From contig CM060733.1 in the NCBI GenBank assembly GCA_030704615.1, positions 5,456,001-5,520,000 of the forward strand: a stretch of 64,000 bases of DNA, in the 5' to 3' direction. Each line of letters starts with the position of its first letter. The stretch's first letter is position 1. This document shows, piece by piece, positions 62,326-64,000 of the stretch. The position numbers and the translations under genes are program-made. Below the pieces are notes generated by a model. The model worked only from the letters and a program-made list of their open reading frames with translations, was not told the origin of the DNA and searched no databases. Source of the stretch: Takakia lepidozioides (lineage: Eukaryota; Plantae; Bryophyta).

Positions 62326-63798
62326 TTACATCCACCTTTGGCGCAGCTCAACCACTCTCAGCTTTTCCGCAAGTGCCTGCACCTCTGGGTCAAGAATCCT
62401 AAACCCAAAACTAGAACACCAATCAGGATGCATGATCTCTGAACAGCTGAAGTCCCTACACCTGTTTGACGTCTTCATATGGGATGCCATACAAGCAGGA
62501 TGGTAAGTGTGCTTACAAGATGCCACCACCATGTCCCAACAGTGGAAACCTTTGTGGCAAACAGGGCAAGGAGAGACCTTCAGGAAATCCTTGATGGACG
62601 TACTATCTTTGATCACTTGAGGATGACATATAGGCATAGGATAGATGGCGAGTCCTTTGTCCCCATTTGTCAAGGCCTCAATCTGACCTTGGATAAGACT
62701 CCTCTCTGTGTCAGCAACATCAACCACATTCTCTGCCACTCTAATGTCCCTGTCTTCCTGGTCCTCTGCATCACACAAAGCATTGAACTCTTTTTCGATC
62801 TTATCAGCATTGAGCCAAAATTCTGCTTCAATTGATTTCTTCTGGTCAAGTTCCCTTTGCATCTCAGACTGTCTTCCCTTTCCACAAGTCAGTAACCCAA
62901 CACTCTCTTCCCCGGCTCGGATTGTGGCACCCTCGTGGGAGAGTTTGGCCTCTAGGTCTGCAATCTTGTTCCGACACTCTGCAAGACACCATTGTCTGTC
63001 TTCCATTTGCACCCGAACAGTCCGCGTCTTCTCCATCAAGTCCAACTTCCCTTTCTTTAACCTCTCCAACTCTTCCTTTGCCCCACACATCTCCTCATAC
63101 TTCAAATCATGTAGTTCCTGAAGACTCGCTAGGGCAGTTGCCACATACTCTTGCTCATGTTTTTTCCTTTCCATCTCTGCAATCACTTGCTCAGGCGTTT
63201 GTTTCAGTCCTTCTTTGCCTCTACCTGGGGTTTTGCGTAGCCTGTCTTTCAATTCACAAACTCCTAGCTTTGGCTTACTGTCTGTGCTTGCAGGGTCCTT
63301 TGCTTCTCGATGCTCCTTCATTCTTTCTTGTTGCTTAGCTGTCCATGCCGCGTATGCTGCCCAATTGAGTTTTTGTCCAGTCCTTTTTTCATAGACAATG
63401 CCCCTTGCCATCAAGTTTGCAATGATACCACCGGTTGGCTTACAATCATACCCATGAACCTTACTCCACAGGTCCTCGATTTTGGGAATCATACTCTTGT
63501 CAGTACAACCCATGTAAAAGTAGCCATTCTTGTTTGCAGGTTGTCCAAACAACTTTGCACATTGTTCTTTGGTGATGTCTTTGTCTAAGAGAAGTTGTTT
63601 GGGATTCTTGCCTGTCGCATTCAGCTTGAGGACATCCCTGAAGTAATCTGCTGATTTGTGCCCCCCTCTTTCGCCCATAGTATCTTCAGATGCTGCATTG
63701 CAACTCTTCCCATTTGTAGGTGAATTCTGTAACTTACTCCCTGACTGCACCATTGTTTTGAACCGCTTCCTGAGTGCCCTACATACTCCCAGCCCCAC
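62326..63798 (-). CDS. Coiled-coil plus RING-H2 finger protein with unknown N-terminal domain, possibly transposon cargo
   Basis: 490-aa ORF; long E/K-rich heptad region; CPVC-x11-C-x-H-x2-H-x2-C-x10-C-x4-C near the C-terminus. Confidence 0.8.
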   Translation of the reverse strand: MGLGVCRALRKRFKTMVQSGSKLQNSPTNGKSCNAASEDTMGERGGHKSADYFRDVLKLNATGKNPKQLLLDKDITKEQCAKLFGQPANKNGYFYMGCTDKSMIPKIEDLWSKVHGYDCKPTGGIIANLMARGIVYEKRTGQKLNWAAYAAWTAKQQERMKEHREAKDPASTDSKPKLGVCELKDRLRKTPGRGKEGLKQTPEQVIAEMERKKHEQEYVATALASLQELHDLKYEEMCGAKEELERLKKGKLDLMEKTRTVRVQMEDRQWCLAECRNKIADLEAKLSHEGATIRAGEESVGLLTCGKGRQSEMQRELDQKKSIEAEFWLNADKIEKEFNALCDAEDQEDRDIRVAENVVDVADTERSLIQGQIEALTNGDKGLAIYPMPICHPQVIKDSTSIKDFLKVSPCPVCHKGFHCWDMVVASCKHTYHPACMASHMKTSNRCRDFSCSEIMHPDWCSSFGFRILDPEVQALAEKLRVVELRQRWM

Positions 63799-64000
63799 AT
63801 TCCCATTAAACTAGTTTTTTACAACTCCAGGTTGGTTATGTACGGAGACAGCAACATGAGGGGGCAAGGATGGAGCTACAAACCAACACCCTACCGACAT
63901 TTCCAGCTTCATGAGAACCAACAAACCAACAAAACAACAAACCAACAAACCCTAAACCCTACTGATATTTCCAGCTTCATGACAACCATACTACCTAATT

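Overview
Repeat-rich nuclear DNA of a land plant, most likely a non-seed plant (inferred from a very regular PLS-class PPR gene and bryophyte-type retroelements). It has one N-gap (52624-53123) and many 1-bp frameshifts that may be long-read errors. From left to right: a PLS-E PPR gene with a broken E+/PG-box tail; kinase and STOP1-like pseudogenes; a carboxypeptidase Q-like gene; a Ty3/gypsy fragment; a rearranged non-LTR element with APE and restriction-like endonucleases, RT, RNase H and a chromodomain (Dualen-like); three copies of one chromovirus, one complete with TSD; two CACTA termini; a non-chromovirus gypsy element; and a coiled-coil RING-H2 gene. The most striking region is about 41.5-52.6 kb. 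It holds an intron-containing minus-strand gene whose reconstructed product fuses a ParB/Srx-like domain (VWDGNHR) to a bacterial-type beta-class amino (N4-C/N6-A) DNA methyltransferase fold. The gene is bracketed by two arrays of a 26-bp palindrome, ACGGAAATGCGGYRCCGCATTTCCGT; the right array has a 52-53 bp period, about 5 helical turns. Single copies of the palindrome lie in three of the gene's predicted introns, and a divergent pair of unknown paralogous genes sits next to it, downstream of a CACTA terminus. This suggests a transposon-borne 'ParB/parS-like plus methyltransferase' module. All function assignments come from reading motifs by eye and need profile searches.
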